Positions 49,824-59,792 of a stretch of DNA of 62,057 bases are shown here, one piece after another (positions within the stretch are counted from its first letter, which is position 1; every line of letters starts with the position of its first letter). The DNA lies in contig JBCBZT010000046.1 of assembly GCA_039815185.1 (NCBI GenBank), forward strand, positions 1 through 62,057. Reading direction: 5' to 3'. Both the position numbers and the translations under genes were made by a program. A model generated the notes under the pieces. It was not told the DNA's origin. It searched no databases and saw only the letters and a list, made by a program, of their open reading frames with translations. Origin of the DNA: Cyanobacteria bacterium P01_A01_bin.123. GTDB lineage: Bacteria > Cyanobacteriota > Cyanobacteriia > Phormidesmidales > Phormidesmidaceae.

Positions 49824-50813
49824 ATGACAACGAAAATGCTGCGTTTACTGAAGCACATTGTTTTAGCTGGACTGATTTTTGTACTAGCCATAGCCTGCAA
49901 TAGCGATGGTCCAGCAGATTTACCGACTGCCAGTGAAGCTTCTACCTCTTCAGCAACTCGGCTCATTAAACATGACCTGGGTGAAACTGAAATTCCTGTC
50001 GATCCTCAACGAGTAGTAACGCTCACGGAAGCTTGGTTGCTAGCTCCAGCCATTACGTTGGGGATCAAACCTATCGCCACAACAACTTACCAGGCTAGTG
50101 ATGGCATTCCGTTTCGAGGCGTTACGACTGAACAGGTGGAAGGAATTGAAATTTTGGGCGATGGGCATCAGCCCAGTTTAGAAAAGCTTCTAGCGCTTAA
50201 GCCAGATTTGATTTTGGCCGACGCCAATTTACATAGGCAAATCTATAATCAGTTATCCGCTATTGCGCCTACGGTTGCCCTTGATTTATTTTCTAAGGGC
50301 GATTCCTTCAAAGACGGTTTTCGCAGGATTGCCTATATCCTAGACAAAACTGAACGAGCTGAGCAGCTGTTAGATCAGTATCAAGACAGGGTCAATCAAT
50401 TCAAACAGGTGATGGGAAATCGGTTAGATGAGCTGCGAATTTCTTTTATAGCTATCTACGGAGAACTATCGACGTTAGAGTCTTTTTGGCTAGCTTACGA
50501 TGTTTTCTCTGATGTTGGACTAAAGCTTATTCCCATACAAGAGAAAATGGCTCATTCAGGTAATGCAGGTTTTAGTATTGAGACATTGCCTGAGCATGAT
50601 GGCGACTTTCTGTTTATTGAAAAATATCCTAGTCAAGACGTGGAGGATATTCTGAGTAGCCCCCTTTGGCAAGAACTTGATGCAGTTACGTCAGGCAACT
50701 ATTTGGAAGTTTCACCACAAAGATGGCAGGGTTTCTGTATGATTTTTGCCAATAACATTCTGGATGATTTGTTCAAATACATCGCTGAAAATCCTGCTCT
50801 GGAGAATATCTAG
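49824..50813 (+). CDS. Iron-siderophore substrate-binding lipoprotein
   Basis: LAIAC lipobox, KHDLGETEIPVDPQRVV, PSLEKLLALKPDLI. Confidence 0.9.
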   Translation: MTTKMLRLLKHIVLAGLIFVLAIACNSDGPADLPTASEASTSSATRLIKHDLGETEIPVDPQRVVTLTEAWLLAPAITLGIKPIATTTYQASDGIPFRGVTTEQVEGIEILGDGHQPSLEKLLALKPDLILADANLHRQIYNQLSAIAPTVALDLFSKGDSFKDGFRRIAYILDKTERAEQLLDQYQDRVNQFKQVMGNRLDELRISFIAIYGELSTLESFWLAYDVFSDVGLKLIPIQEKMAHSGNAGFSIETLPEHDGDFLFIEKYPSQDVEDILSSPLWQELDAVTSGNYLEVSPQRWQGFCMIFANNILDDLFKYIAENPALENI

Positions 50814-50927
50814 GAGACAGTGGTCTTAGCTAGAGTATAGTGCCTAATTTATCCCTCCTAATCGCTAGGTATTAACCTCTGTTTCAGGTCAATAATTCAC
50901 TCTCAAATAGCAGTGTTTACTATTGCC

Positions 50928-51614
50928 ATGACTAGTAAATTTTTAGACATTAGCAACGACTCCGGTCAGTTACAAGCACCTCTCTATGACTATCTCCTCT
51001 CCGTCTCCCTGCGCGAACCCAAAATCTTAACCCAGCTACGTCAGGAAACCGCCCAACATCCGGACGGCGACATGCAGATCGCACCCGATCAGGGACAGTT
51101 TATGGCGCTGTTGGTGAAATTAATGGACGCTAAAAAAGTGTTAGAAATTGGCACCTTCACGGGCTATAGCACCCTGTGGATGGCTTTAGCTCTGCCCCCA
51201 GATGGCTCCATAACCGCTTGCGATGTAGATGAAGACTACACTGCGATCGCCCGGCGTTACTGGCAGACTGCTGGCGTCGAAGCCAAAATTGATTTGTGCC
51301 TTGCCCCTGCTATAGACACTTTAGATGTCTTGCTAGCTGAAGGGCAGGCCGGTACCTTTGACTTTGCCTTTATCGATGCTGATAAAACCAACTACAGCCG
51401 CTACTACGAAAAATCTCTAGAACTGCTCCGCCCTGGGGGGCTGATAGCCATCGATAACGTGCTGTGGTCTGGAGCAGTGGTTGATCCAGTCATCACCGAC
51501 CCGGATACATTGGCCCTACGAGAGCTGAACCAAACCCTCCATCAAGATCAGCGGATTGAGTTGAGCATGCTACCCATTGCCGATGGGCTTACCCTAGCGT
51601 TAAAGCAATCTTGA
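50928..51614 (+). CDS. SAM-dependent O-methyltransferase (CCoAOMT/catechol-OMT type)
   Basis: VLEIGTFTGYS, FDFAFIDADK, LRPGGLIAIDNVLWSG, DGLTL. Confidence 0.92.
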   Translation: MTSKFLDISNDSGQLQAPLYDYLLSVSLREPKILTQLRQETAQHPDGDMQIAPDQGQFMALLVKLMDAKKVLEIGTFTGYSTLWMALALPPDGSITACDVDEDYTAIARRYWQTAGVEAKIDLCLAPAIDTLDVLLAEGQAGTFDFAFIDADKTNYSRYYEKSLELLRPGGLIAIDNVLWSGAVVDPVITDPDTLALRELNQTLHQDQRIELSMLPIADGLTLALKQS

Positions 51615-51937
51615 GCCTCAAATTAGCGGTGGAGGGCGCTGTCCTGGCAGAAAGACGGGCGGTGGTTTATGGCCAGGTGTGGTTGGCAGATCTGGCGATG
51701 GCACAAGAGGCATTTCAGCGGGCAGAATCCCTTTTAGAGCAGGCTTTGCCAGTGTTGGAAAAATATCAGGATCAGCGCTGTTTGGCACTGTGTCGGAAGT
51801 CTTATGCGCTGTTGGAGCAGGCGCGAGGCAATCCTCAGCTTTGCCGAACCTGGGCAAAACAGGCTTTGGAGGGATTTGAGCGGTTAGGAATGGAGCAAGA
51901 GGCTGTGGAAACAAAGCAGTTGATTACGAGTTGCTAA
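51611..51937 (+). pseudogene. TPR-like helical fragment, probably the C-terminal remnant of a larger protein
   Basis: AESLLEQAL..ALCRKSYALLEQARGN..AKQALEGFERLGM pattern; TTG start only. Confidence 0.45.
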
Positions 51938-52060
51938 TCACAATGATCAAACTTTTCGTACTTTACTCATCAGCCTTATGACGCGAATATACTGCGCTCC
52001 ATAAATTATTTTCTCAAAACGAATCCTAAACATGATTGAAATCTATTTCGAGGCATAGGT

Positions 52061-52309
52061 ATGCCTGTCATCATTCTGACTCTGGTTTTTCTGGGTTTTC
52101 TATGGTGGATGTTGAGTCGTGGAGGCCAAAGAAATTCTTCTAGCACTTTGCCTGCTTATTTAATGAAAAGACTTGACCGTTTAACCCACGATCGCCGTGC
52201 GTCAGAGCGCTTAGTCCAGAAAATTTCATTCAAGTACCCAGGGCGGTCACAACGTTGGTGTCTTGAAAAAGCTATCTTCGACATTGAGCTTACTCGACAC
52301 AGGTCGTAA
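52061..52309 (+). CDS. Small hypothetical membrane-anchored protein
   Basis: GAGG RBS, hydrophobic N-terminus, YPGRSQRWCLEKAIFD. Confidence 0.6.
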   Translation: MPVIILTLVFLGFLWWMLSRGGQRNSSSTLPAYLMKRLDRLTHDRRASERLVQKISFKYPGRSQRWCLEKAIFDIELTRHRS

Positions 52310-52539
52310 CTCTGTCGAGTGAGCTTATACAAAAACAGGCAGATTTTTCTGGATGCTGCCTACACTCAAGACATGGGTTCAGAACTGAGAGATGAGTTTC
52401 AAATCACACTGAGCTACAAGCGCATTCACCTAGCCCAAATTAGAGATTAAAAAGAAGAAAGCTAAGTCTTCGAGATGCCAAAACTGTGCGAATAAAACTC
52501 GCCTCAGTTTTTAGAAAAGGTTACTGCCTCAGAATAGCA

Positions 52540-53168
52540 TTAATCCCGGGGTCGAAGTTGAGCAAGCTTGAGCTTGTCAGCATAGCTTCGATCGATCATT
52601 TGGGTAGATGTATCACACCATTTTGCAATGATTGCGCTGGGGACACCTTTGATCAGTTGTGTGGTGATGAAAGTATCCCTACAGTAGTAAGGCGTTGTTT
52701 CTGGTTTGATGGGATCTACAGTTTTAGCCCAAGCTCGTCTTGCAAAGTTTCGATAACTAATCGAGTCTCCATTACGAGAAGGGAAACCAATGATTCAGGA
52801 TCTGGGTTTTCTGGTTTTATTGATTGCAGCAAGGCTTGTACCCGTTGAGAGACTGCAATCTGACGGGTGCGATTGTTTTTGCTGCCTTGAGTACGAACCC
52901 GGCGGTTGCCGATCTGCACTAGAGAACTGTCAAAGTGGACAAAACTGAAGTCTTCGGAAATATGCTTCCATTGCAGACCAATCGCCTCACTGGGCCGACA
53001 CCCCACTAAGAATAGAAATTCTACAAACGGCGCATAGTGTCGGTAGTTCATTCCTTTGCGACTATCTTCCTTAAAGGCATCGATAGTGCGATCGCGCTCC
53101 TCTTCTGTGAATGCATTAGGTTTTGGATCAACCTGATATCTATTGAACATTGATACGGAAATCGTCAA
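52540..53168 (-). pseudogene. Tyrosine recombinase/integrase, N-terminally truncated and frameshifted near 52785
   Basis: FLFLVGCRPSEAIGLQW (catalytic R) and SKNNRTR; after the shift, PSRNG..YRNFARRAW..TPYYCRDTFIT..IAKWCDTSTQMIDRSY (catalytic R and Y) to a stop at 52540. Confidence 0.85.
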
Positions 53169-53184
53169 ACGCGATCGCTAAAGC

Positions 53185-53220
53185 AAAAGCCCCGAGGGGT
53201 TTTTGACGCTCTCAGGGCTT
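53185..53220 (-). terminator. Intrinsic terminator downstream of the tRNA 3' fragment
   Basis: Minus strand AAGCCCTGAG...CTCGGGGCTT TTGC hairpin with a U-run. Confidence 0.55.
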
Positions 53221-53244
53221 GCGATTTGGGGCTTCAATTCAAGA

Positions 53245-53292
53245 TGGGCAATACTGGGTTCGAACCAGTGACCTCTTCCGTGTGAAGGAAGT
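53245..53292 (-). tRNA. 3' half only of tRNA-Val(CAC); att-site duplication, not a functional tRNA
   Basis: Minus strand ACTTCC TTCACAC GGAAG AGGTC ACTGG TTCGAAC CCAGT ATTGCCCA has the anticodon arm, T arm and 3' acceptor strand; no D arm or 5' acceptor strand upstream. Confidence 0.85.
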
Positions 53293-53511
53293 AAACTAAG
53301 GGCTGAAATCCTTATCTCAAAAGATTTATAAGATTCTTATTAGGTGGCTATAGCCATTTTATAGCTGCCGATCGAGTAATACCGCGTTAGGAAGTGCGCT
53401 ACTTGGTGGAATCTCCCTCGCGCGATCGCGCCTCCATAGCCCAGGATGACGGCGATTTGGTGCTAGGAATTCTTGGATTGCATTCCCTTGCGCGATCGCG
53501 CGGCAACAATA

Positions 53512-53868
53512 ATGCCTAATTCTGTTACAAATTCCTATCCTGGTCCTAGCGTCACCAAAGCGGTCGTTGTGATTGCCAGTGGAAACACCAACTCAGATGC
53601 TTTTACATTTCTTAGCCGTACGTGTCGTGCCCAAATCGGAGCTTTGTCGGGTACTCCTACCTTGACCTTGCAAGAGACGCCAGACCAAGGAATTACGTGG
53701 GTGGATACTGACCTTACAAAAACAACAGGTTCTGGCTGGACATCTTGGAGCGCAGAAGAATTAGCACCTTATACGGCGGGAGGAGCAAGACATCAAGGGC
53801 TGTACCGTCTACAGCTAAGCACTTCAGATGCCTCCGATCTAACCTTTAATATTCTGGGCAATGACTAA
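53512..53868 (+). CDS. Small phage beta-rich structural-type protein
   Basis: Thr/Ser/Gly-rich, TLTLQETPDQGITWVD; overlaps the next gene. Confidence 0.6.
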   Translation: MPNSVTNSYPGPSVTKAVVVIASGNTNSDAFTFLSRTCRAQIGALSGTPTLTLQETPDQGITWVDTDLTKTTGSGWTSWSAEELAPYTAGGARHQGLYRLQLSTSDASDLTFNILGND

Positions 53869-55240
53869 ACTGCTTGGACTAGCAACGCTTAATGTGCCAT
53901 TGCTTGGGGGTAATAGCTTTGTTGTGACCCCTACCAGTGCTTTGTTCATCGCTCCTAATACCAGTAATTGGTGGTATGACGAGCTGGCCGCGAATTATGA
54001 CGTCATCCATAGAATCCCGGCTAGCTTCCAGGTTAGCGATCTAACCAGTGCGGACTTTGTCTACGTGGGACGCGATTGTGAAATTGCTGATTTTGGCATT
54101 GATCAAGCGGCTCAGGATCTAAAGCTCAACGCCCTTAAAAACACAGAGAAGCCGCTTCTGTTGCAGTCCGGCCCGTTGGGTCAAGCACTTCAGTTTCACG
54201 GTAGTGGTGGCCCGATTCAAGCGGGCAGCATGAGGGAGTTTCAGCGCTACGAAAAGACTCACCCAATTTTTCAACCCTGGTCGTTTGCATCAGGGTCGTT
54301 GTTCACCTATGTCAACGGTGACAGCTCCTACTATCTAAACCCCGGCGATGCTGGGATTGATAGTGGCCAGTTCGTGGCCACAAACTCAGTTCAAAACAGG
54401 ATTTGGATTGGTGCGTGGGTGAAAGATCAGCTAATGGCTGCGGATGGCGGGAGCAACTTCCCTGCGCCTGGGCCGCGTCTGTTTATGTGGCTAAGAGAGG
54501 CGGATCTGGCAAACGTAACGCCAGATGGGATGGAAGTTTGGCACCGCTGCGTAGAGTGGGTTGCAGGCGATGGTACCTTAGCAAGTGTGCCATCGGTTGG
54601 CCCAAGTAACACCGTGCTTTATTTGAGTACTGCTGCCGATATAGCTGCTCCTGGCTATATGAGAACTAGGCTGGGTCAGCTCGGTTACACGGTAATAGAT
54701 CGAGATTACACTCAGTTTTCGACCGTCGATCTAAGCAGGGCAGGAATGGTTTTGATTAATGAGCAAGTCAACTCCGGCAATTTTTCAGCTCTGTTTAGCT
54801 CATCTGTTCGTGGGTGGCCGGGGAGCGTGTTTGTTAACGAAGTCTTTGTTAACGACGAGCTGGAAATGGTAAATGCCAGCAGTGGCTACAACGGCAATTC
54901 TGCGGCCCAAGACTTCTACACGCCCGATTCAACTCACCCTCTCGTTTCCGCTGTTGCGGTCAGCGACAGCGATCCGTTTCAGGTTCAAACCGGAACCGAA
55001 AACCATCAGTATCTAAATGCTGCGAACTGCGGCGGTTTGGGCTCACCGTTTCACATTGTCACCAATCAAGATGGCACAGAGGTTCGATTGTTGTACATTC
55101 CTGCTGGCTCTGCTCTGCCAGGGGGTGGCGGTGATACCGCTGCTGGGAAACGATTGTTTTGGCCCATCAAGGATGTTACCGCGATTACTCCTGCTGGAGC
55201 GACGATGTTCGACACAATAATCCAGTTCTTGACTACCTAG
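53861..55240 (+). CDS. Phage hypothetical protein with two tandem homologous ~210-aa domains
   Basis: Repeated motifs SDLTSADFV/VDLSRAGMV, THPIF/THPLV, APGPRLF/AAGKRLF, VTPDG/ITPAG. Confidence 0.75.
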   Translation: MTKLLGLATLNVPLLGGNSFVVTPTSALFIAPNTSNWWYDELAANYDVIHRIPASFQVSDLTSADFVYVGRDCEIADFGIDQAAQDLKLNALKNTEKPLLLQSGPLGQALQFHGSGGPIQAGSMREFQRYEKTHPIFQPWSFASGSLFTYVNGDSSYYLNPGDAGIDSGQFVATNSVQNRIWIGAWVKDQLMAADGGSNFPAPGPRLFMWLREADLANVTPDGMEVWHRCVEWVAGDGTLASVPSVGPSNTVLYLSTAADIAAPGYMRTRLGQLGYTVIDRDYTQFSTVDLSRAGMVLINEQVNSGNFSALFSSSVRGWPGSVFVNEVFVNDELEMVNASSGYNGNSAAQDFYTPDSTHPLVSAVAVSDSDPFQVQTGTENHQYLNAANCGGLGSPFHIVTNQDGTEVRLLYIPAGSALPGGGGDTAAGKRLFWPIKDVTAITPAGATMFDTIIQFLTT

Positions 55241-55338
55241 TCCACTCTGCTGGACTAGTCCCGGTCGCTTTAGCGGGGGGAAGACCCAGACGCTTTTAGC
55301 TTAAGCGCTAGAAAACATTGCTTGAAGTTCGCAGTGAT

Positions 55339-55800
55339 TTACCACTTGACATCTTGAACTTCTGACGGGATAAGCCGATGCGCGATCGCTTGAGAGGAAT
55401 ACACCCGCCCCGTTGCAGTCTGTGTCGCAGGTTGCAATAACGTTTCACCTTCAAGCATCAAATCCGACAGCCCTTTAATTTCTGCCTTATAAAGGCTGCA
55501 AGCTTGGGGAGTATAGCCACCCGTTTCGGATGGAGTCTGACTCAAAAAGTGCTGAGATAAAAGCTGGCAAACACAACCAAGCTCAACGATCATGGCAAGC
55601 TGTGGGTGGGTGCCGGTCAATGGCATTACCCATTTGCGTCTTAGGATCTCATCAATTTTTGCCTCAACTTGTCCCCCAACCTGCTCAACCAGCTCAGCCG
55701 AGATCACGGAGTCGCCCCAGCTGGTTGCCTGTCCATCAACTTGGAGCCGACCGTCAAGTCTTCTTTGAATGGCATCACTAGTTGTATATTTGAGTGCCAT
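55339..55800 (-). CDS. Phage head-tail connector/adaptor (Mu gp36/DUF1320-like)
   Basis: YTTSDAIQRRL..VEAKIDEILRRKWVMPL pattern; downstream of the capsid gene. Confidence 0.6.
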   Translation of the reverse strand: MALKYTTSDAIQRRLDGRLQVDGQATSWGDSVISAELVEQVGGQVEAKIDEILRRKWVMPLTGTHPQLAMIVELGCVCQLLSQHFLSQTPSETGGYTPQACSLYKAEIKGLSDLMLEGETLLQPATQTATGRVYSSQAIAHRLIPSEVQDVKW

Positions 55801-55910
55801 GGATTACGCGATCGCGCCTACTGTTTACTTCACAGCTTTGGGTGAACTTTTGGATGATTGCTCCGGTTGCTGCGATCGCTTGAGTTGCAATAACCGGCGA
55901 TCGCAGTTGC

Positions 55911-56972
55911 TTAATAAACTTTTCGCCCCCCCATTTTTCGGGTGTCAAAGACTAATGGAATGCCGGTTCCAACTCCAACAGAGCGATCAACAGGAGGCTC
56001 TTTACTAACTTCTTCAGTAAATGCGTAAATTCCTGCTTGCCCATCATTAGATTCGACTGGACCTAGAGCGCGTTCCCCCATGGCATTCCATAACAAAAAA
56101 TAATAGCCATCAGGGACAAAGAAACTTTCTGTGGTTGTTCCGTCTGCATTCTCCTCTTCATAGGTTTCGTCTACCACCAAAACAGGAGGTGCTAAGCGGC
56201 GCTGAAGAGCTTGGTTGAACTCTTCTAGAGTTGGGACTCTATTGTTGTCAGCACCGGTAGCAACAAGTTGACCCAAGTCAGAACTTACGCTATCTCTTAC
56301 CTCATAAGTATCAAACACCTGGCGCAGAGTGTTTGAATTCATAACCGTTGCAGCTGGATTTCCAACCTTGACAGTCCGCCTAAAAGTTTCGGCATGGTCG
56401 CGAAGGTTTTTGATCGGCGTTGCCGTAGCAGCTTGATTCCATCTTGAGGTGGTAGTCAGAGCAGACGGGTATTGATTTGAATCGGTTGTATAGGTCAGAG
56501 CAACATTTTGACTAGTTATATTGTCTTGAAAGGCGATCGCGCCTGAGTAAAGTGCCTCGCAAGTTAATCGTAGATGTAAATCTCCCAAAGCCATGGGTAG
56601 ATCTGATACTGTGCCAAAGAAGTAATCCCGAACTTGATCAGGAACACCGCTAACATTGGACTGCCACTTGCGCAACAGCTTCATGTCTTCTTCGTCATAA
56701 ATGTAAGACTTAGCAAGCTTAATTAGCCCGTACTCAAGCAATCCAATATTGCCCGCTTTAGATGCTGGAATTTCTCCTGTAAAACCTACGACATGAGCCA
56801 TTGACTTATTCTTTTTGGCTTGCAGAACCATCAAATCGTAGTCAACGTACGTTTGTAGAGGCATGTAAGGATTAAGCCACGGGTCACGGGTCATCAAGTC
56901 TAAGGACGTGATGTCAACCTGTCGATCAACTGTGGTCTTGTATCGCTTCAGAAAATCTTGAATCCGTCCCAT
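55911..56972 (-). CDS. Major capsid protein (lambda gpE-like family)
   Basis: 353 aa; ALTTTSRWNQAATATPIKNLR, VMNSNT, DGTTTESFFVPDG, EPPVDRSVG..IP; position in the head module. Confidence 0.8.
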   Translation of the reverse strand: MGRIQDFLKRYKTTVDRQVDITSLDLMTRDPWLNPYMPLQTYVDYDLMVLQAKKNKSMAHVVGFTGEIPASKAGNIGLLEYGLIKLAKSYIYDEEDMKLLRKWQSNVSGVPDQVRDYFFGTVSDLPMALGDLHLRLTCEALYSGAIAFQDNITSQNVALTYTTDSNQYPSALTTTSRWNQAATATPIKNLRDHAETFRRTVKVGNPAATVMNSNTLRQVFDTYEVRDSVSSDLGQLVATGADNNRVPTLEEFNQALQRRLAPPVLVVDETYEEENADGTTTESFFVPDGYYFLLWNAMGERALGPVESNDGQAGIYAFTEEVSKEPPVDRSVGVGTGIPLVFDTRKMGGRKVY

Positions 56973-56994
56973 GATTTCAATCCTTTATGGTCTT

Positions 56995-57882
56995 TTACGC
57001 AGCAACAAAGTCAAAGTCAAATAGTCGATCCAATTCACCATCCCAGTAAGGAAGAATAGAAACAGATTTGATGGAGCATGCGGTGTAAAAGCCCATCTGT
57101 AACTCATCATTCTCAAAATCAATTGAGCGTGACAGCATCCCGATTGGCATAGCATCAACCCCAATGGGCATCCCGATTGGAACGCTGATTGTTGCTGTGG
57201 ATGAAAGGGTGAGCTGGTCAGTGTCGGTGTTGACCCCGCTAGAAGCAATAGTGCCAATTGTTCGCATTGCAATTAGGTTAGTAGCGCTGTCAGTAACAGC
57301 ACCTGTTCCATCTCCAGCAGTAGTTGCTGTCACAGCGATCGCGTACTGGCTAATAAAGTCTTTGGCATACACAAAAACAGAATCACCACTAGCGATCGCT
57401 GTGATGAGCTTACTTAAGACAGGATCGACATTTATCTCGGTAGTGTGCAAAGTTGCGATCGCGCCTGTATCTGAACCTGCTGCTGTTGTGGTGAGGGTAT
57501 AGCCGTTGATCGTTGTTGCTAACGTATCGGATGCTGCCCAAGTCAGAGTCAAATCAATTTGTGCTGAAGGAGCTAAGATCCGCAGTACGTCTCCAGCAAT
57601 GAAAACCTGACTTTGGTTTTCGGTGACTTCAACAACAGTACTGCTAGATGCAGTCACAGCAGTCGTAGCGACTTTTGATCGTGGCAATAATCGAGCCAAA
57701 CTGCCAGAGGCAGCGCCAAAATAACCGGGTGCGAAACTCTTAGAACTTTCACCACTATTGACCGGAGTTTTGGCAGTGACTTTGGTCGCATCTAAAGTCC
57801 GATGAATAGGGGCTCTTAAGCCCCATACACCGGCAAACAATTCATTGTCGCTAGGGTAGTCAAACGTCTGAAATAATGGCAT
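56995..57882 (-). CDS. Putative head decoration/cement protein
   Basis: Thr/Ala-rich beta-type sequence between the scaffold and capsid genes. Confidence 0.55.
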   Translation of the reverse strand: MPLFQTFDYPSDNELFAGVWGLRAPIHRTLDATKVTAKTPVNSGESSKSFAPGYFGAASGSLARLLPRSKVATTAVTASSSTVVEVTENQSQVFIAGDVLRILAPSAQIDLTLTWAASDTLATTINGYTLTTTAAGSDTGAIATLHTTEINVDPVLSKLITAIASGDSVFVYAKDFISQYAIAVTATTAGDGTGAVTDSATNLIAMRTIGTIASSGVNTDTDQLTLSSTATISVPIGMPIGVDAMPIGMLSRSIDFENDELQMGFYTACSIKSVSILPYWDGELDRLFDFDFVAA

Positions 57883-59325
57883 TTACTTTACCTCTTGAAG
57901 ACCGTGTGCTTTGCGCCTAGCATTGAACCGCGCCATATCATCCTCGTGATTAGGGGGCAATGCTTCGCCATTTGGATTGTTTGATATTGGATCGTTGCCA
58001 GTCGCGATCGCGCCAAACTGAACCTTCTGTCCAAACTGCTCAACAAAATCAAGCTGGGCTTTGATTGTTTCTAGTGCAATTTGCGGTGCTTCACCTTCCT
58101 GCGGCGATCGCGCAAATTTGGCAACTGCTTGCTGTTGGTTTTCACCCTCGGGGAAGAATTTTGATAGAGCTGCTTTGGGCAGTTGTCCAGCGCGATTAAG
58201 TCTGATGGCTTGATCTTTTAGGGTTGACCACTGAGACGCGATCGCAGCTTCCCGTGTTTGCTGCTCATTCTGCGTTTTTAGAGCGTTGATTGTGGTGGTT
58301 TGCTGCTCAATGGTTGCCGCCTGCTGCTGCTCTTTTGCCTCCAGCGCGGCAATGCGTTCAGTTAAAGCAGCGATCGCGTCTCCCCCTGCATCTGCCGGGT
58401 CAAAGATTTCAGTTGTAGGCGTAGCGCTAGGATCAGTGGGCATTTCGGGAACCTCTCGGCTAAAAACTGGGACAGATGGGGGAGATGAGCGGGCAACGCC
58501 CAAGGCTTCTTGTAGGCGGGTGGTCAGGTCTGCGATCGCGCTGCGGGTTAATTCCCCGCGATCGCGTCCCAAGAGTTCCCCTGCAGGCGCGGACTTAATG
58601 GAACGAAGCGTTTCCATGAACGCCCAAAGTAAGTTATCGACTCCGCTCATGTCCTCCATGAGTGCAGACTGTGCTGCGATCGCGCCCTCTAGAGTCAGTG
58701 CATTCAGTGATTTTGGGGTACCCATGGGCTCATTAGCTTGTTCTGCGGGAAGAGTGCCCTTGGCATAGGGAGTTGTAGGATAGCGCCCGAATAACATGGC
58801 TTGAGGAACGGCACCCCACGCCACAGCGCTTATCTCGAATACCGCATTCTTTATCCAGTAATCGTCGTCAGCTAGCGTGATACCAATAGAGATCGCTTTG
58901 AGCAATCCTTGCTGGTAAAGAGCGATCGCGTCTGGTCTCAGAATTTCAATTTGGGTAAATAGCCCTAACTTGCCTGCGATTTCTACCATCTCAGGCTTAG
59001 GCAATAACTCAGGTGTAATTCGTTGGACAATGAATTGCCCACGCACCAGCCCTACCTTATTTCGATTTGCGTAACCGTTGGGCTCAAAGTCATGCTCAGA
59101 GTGAAAGAACGGGATTTCGCGCCCTTGGGCTAAGAGTGTGTTACTCGCGATCGCGATCGCATTCAGCCATTCTTCGTCGTAGGTATATTCCTTCCCTAGG
59201 GCATCAGTAAATGTGCCCTCAACCATCGCAAGAGCCAAGACAGTCAAGCCTTTCTCCGTGGCTTGAGATCGCTGAACGTCTGGCAGCAAACTGATGTATC
59301 GAATTGCCTGTAGTGCTGTGGGCAT
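57883..59325 (-). CDS. Putative prohead protease/scaffold (Mu gpI-like)
   Basis: N-terminal H..(K)AISIG..EISAV..GAVP protease-like segment plus a C-terminal coiled coil. Confidence 0.7.
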   Translation of the reverse strand: MPTALQAIRYISLLPDVQRSQATEKGLTVLALAMVEGTFTDALGKEYTYDEEWLNAIAIASNTLLAQGREIPFFHSEHDFEPNGYANRNKVGLVRGQFIVQRITPELLPKPEMVEIAGKLGLFTQIEILRPDAIALYQQGLLKAISIGITLADDDYWIKNAVFEISAVAWGAVPQAMLFGRYPTTPYAKGTLPAEQANEPMGTPKSLNALTLEGAIAAQSALMEDMSGVDNLLWAFMETLRSIKSAPAGELLGRDRGELTRSAIADLTTRLQEALGVARSSPPSVPVFSREVPEMPTDPSATPTTEIFDPADAGGDAIAALTERIAALEAKEQQQAATIEQQTTTINALKTQNEQQTREAAIASQWSTLKDQAIRLNRAGQLPKAALSKFFPEGENQQQAVAKFARSPQEGEAPQIALETIKAQLDFVEQFGQKVQFGAIATGNDPISNNPNGEALPPNHEDDMARFNARRKAHGLQEVK

Positions 59326-59525
59326 TTCCAACCGCGATCGCGTCGGGTTCAGAATGCCTTGGGTATTATTAGAGGGCGATCGCGCATCAGTGGCACCGTA
59401 CCAGGAAGGGCACTGCTCAGGCTTCCGAGGCGAAACCTATTTTTAGGTGGGGTACCCGACAAATTATCGGATAGAGCACTGATGTTTGCGTTGAATGCGG
59501 TAGCAAACAAGCGCGATCGCTACCA

Positions 59526-59792
59526 CTAAGATCTGGCTCCTTCCGGAAACTGATTCTCTGCCGGAAAAGTTAGCTCTTCACCTTCTAATAACTCAGGGTT
59601 AAACGCGGCGAATCTAGGCGATCGCATTGCAACATTCAAATCAACGGGGCTAGCTTCTTCACCAACGATATGTCCATACATACCGCTCGTAATCGCCAGT
59701 AAGTTTTCAACACGTTGCACCAATACAGCGTCGCCCTCAACCTGAATTCTTGCTGCAGTATCCGCGCGATCGCGGTTGGAGAGGTATTGCAA
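59526..59792 (-). CDS. Small hypothetical phage protein, possibly 5'-truncated
   Basis: 88-aa ORF whose TTG start abuts a HIP1 site. Confidence 0.4.
   Translation of the reverse strand: MQYLSNRDRADTAARIQVEGDAVLVQRVENLLAITSGMYGHIVGEEASPVDLNVAMRSPRFAAFNPELLEGEELTFPAENQFPEGARS

Noticed and set aside
52486..52848. 120-aa plus-strand ORF
   Set aside because: Antisense shadow of the integrase pseudogene.
53245..53320. Complete tRNA-Val gene
   Set aside because: The D arm and 5' acceptor strand are missing; only the 3' half is present.
55237..55285. Hairpin CTAGTCCA/TGGACTAG and an IS605-end-like CCCGGTCGCTTTAGCGGGGGG
   Set aside because: Too short and degenerate, with no transposase nearby; may simply be a terminator between convergent genes.
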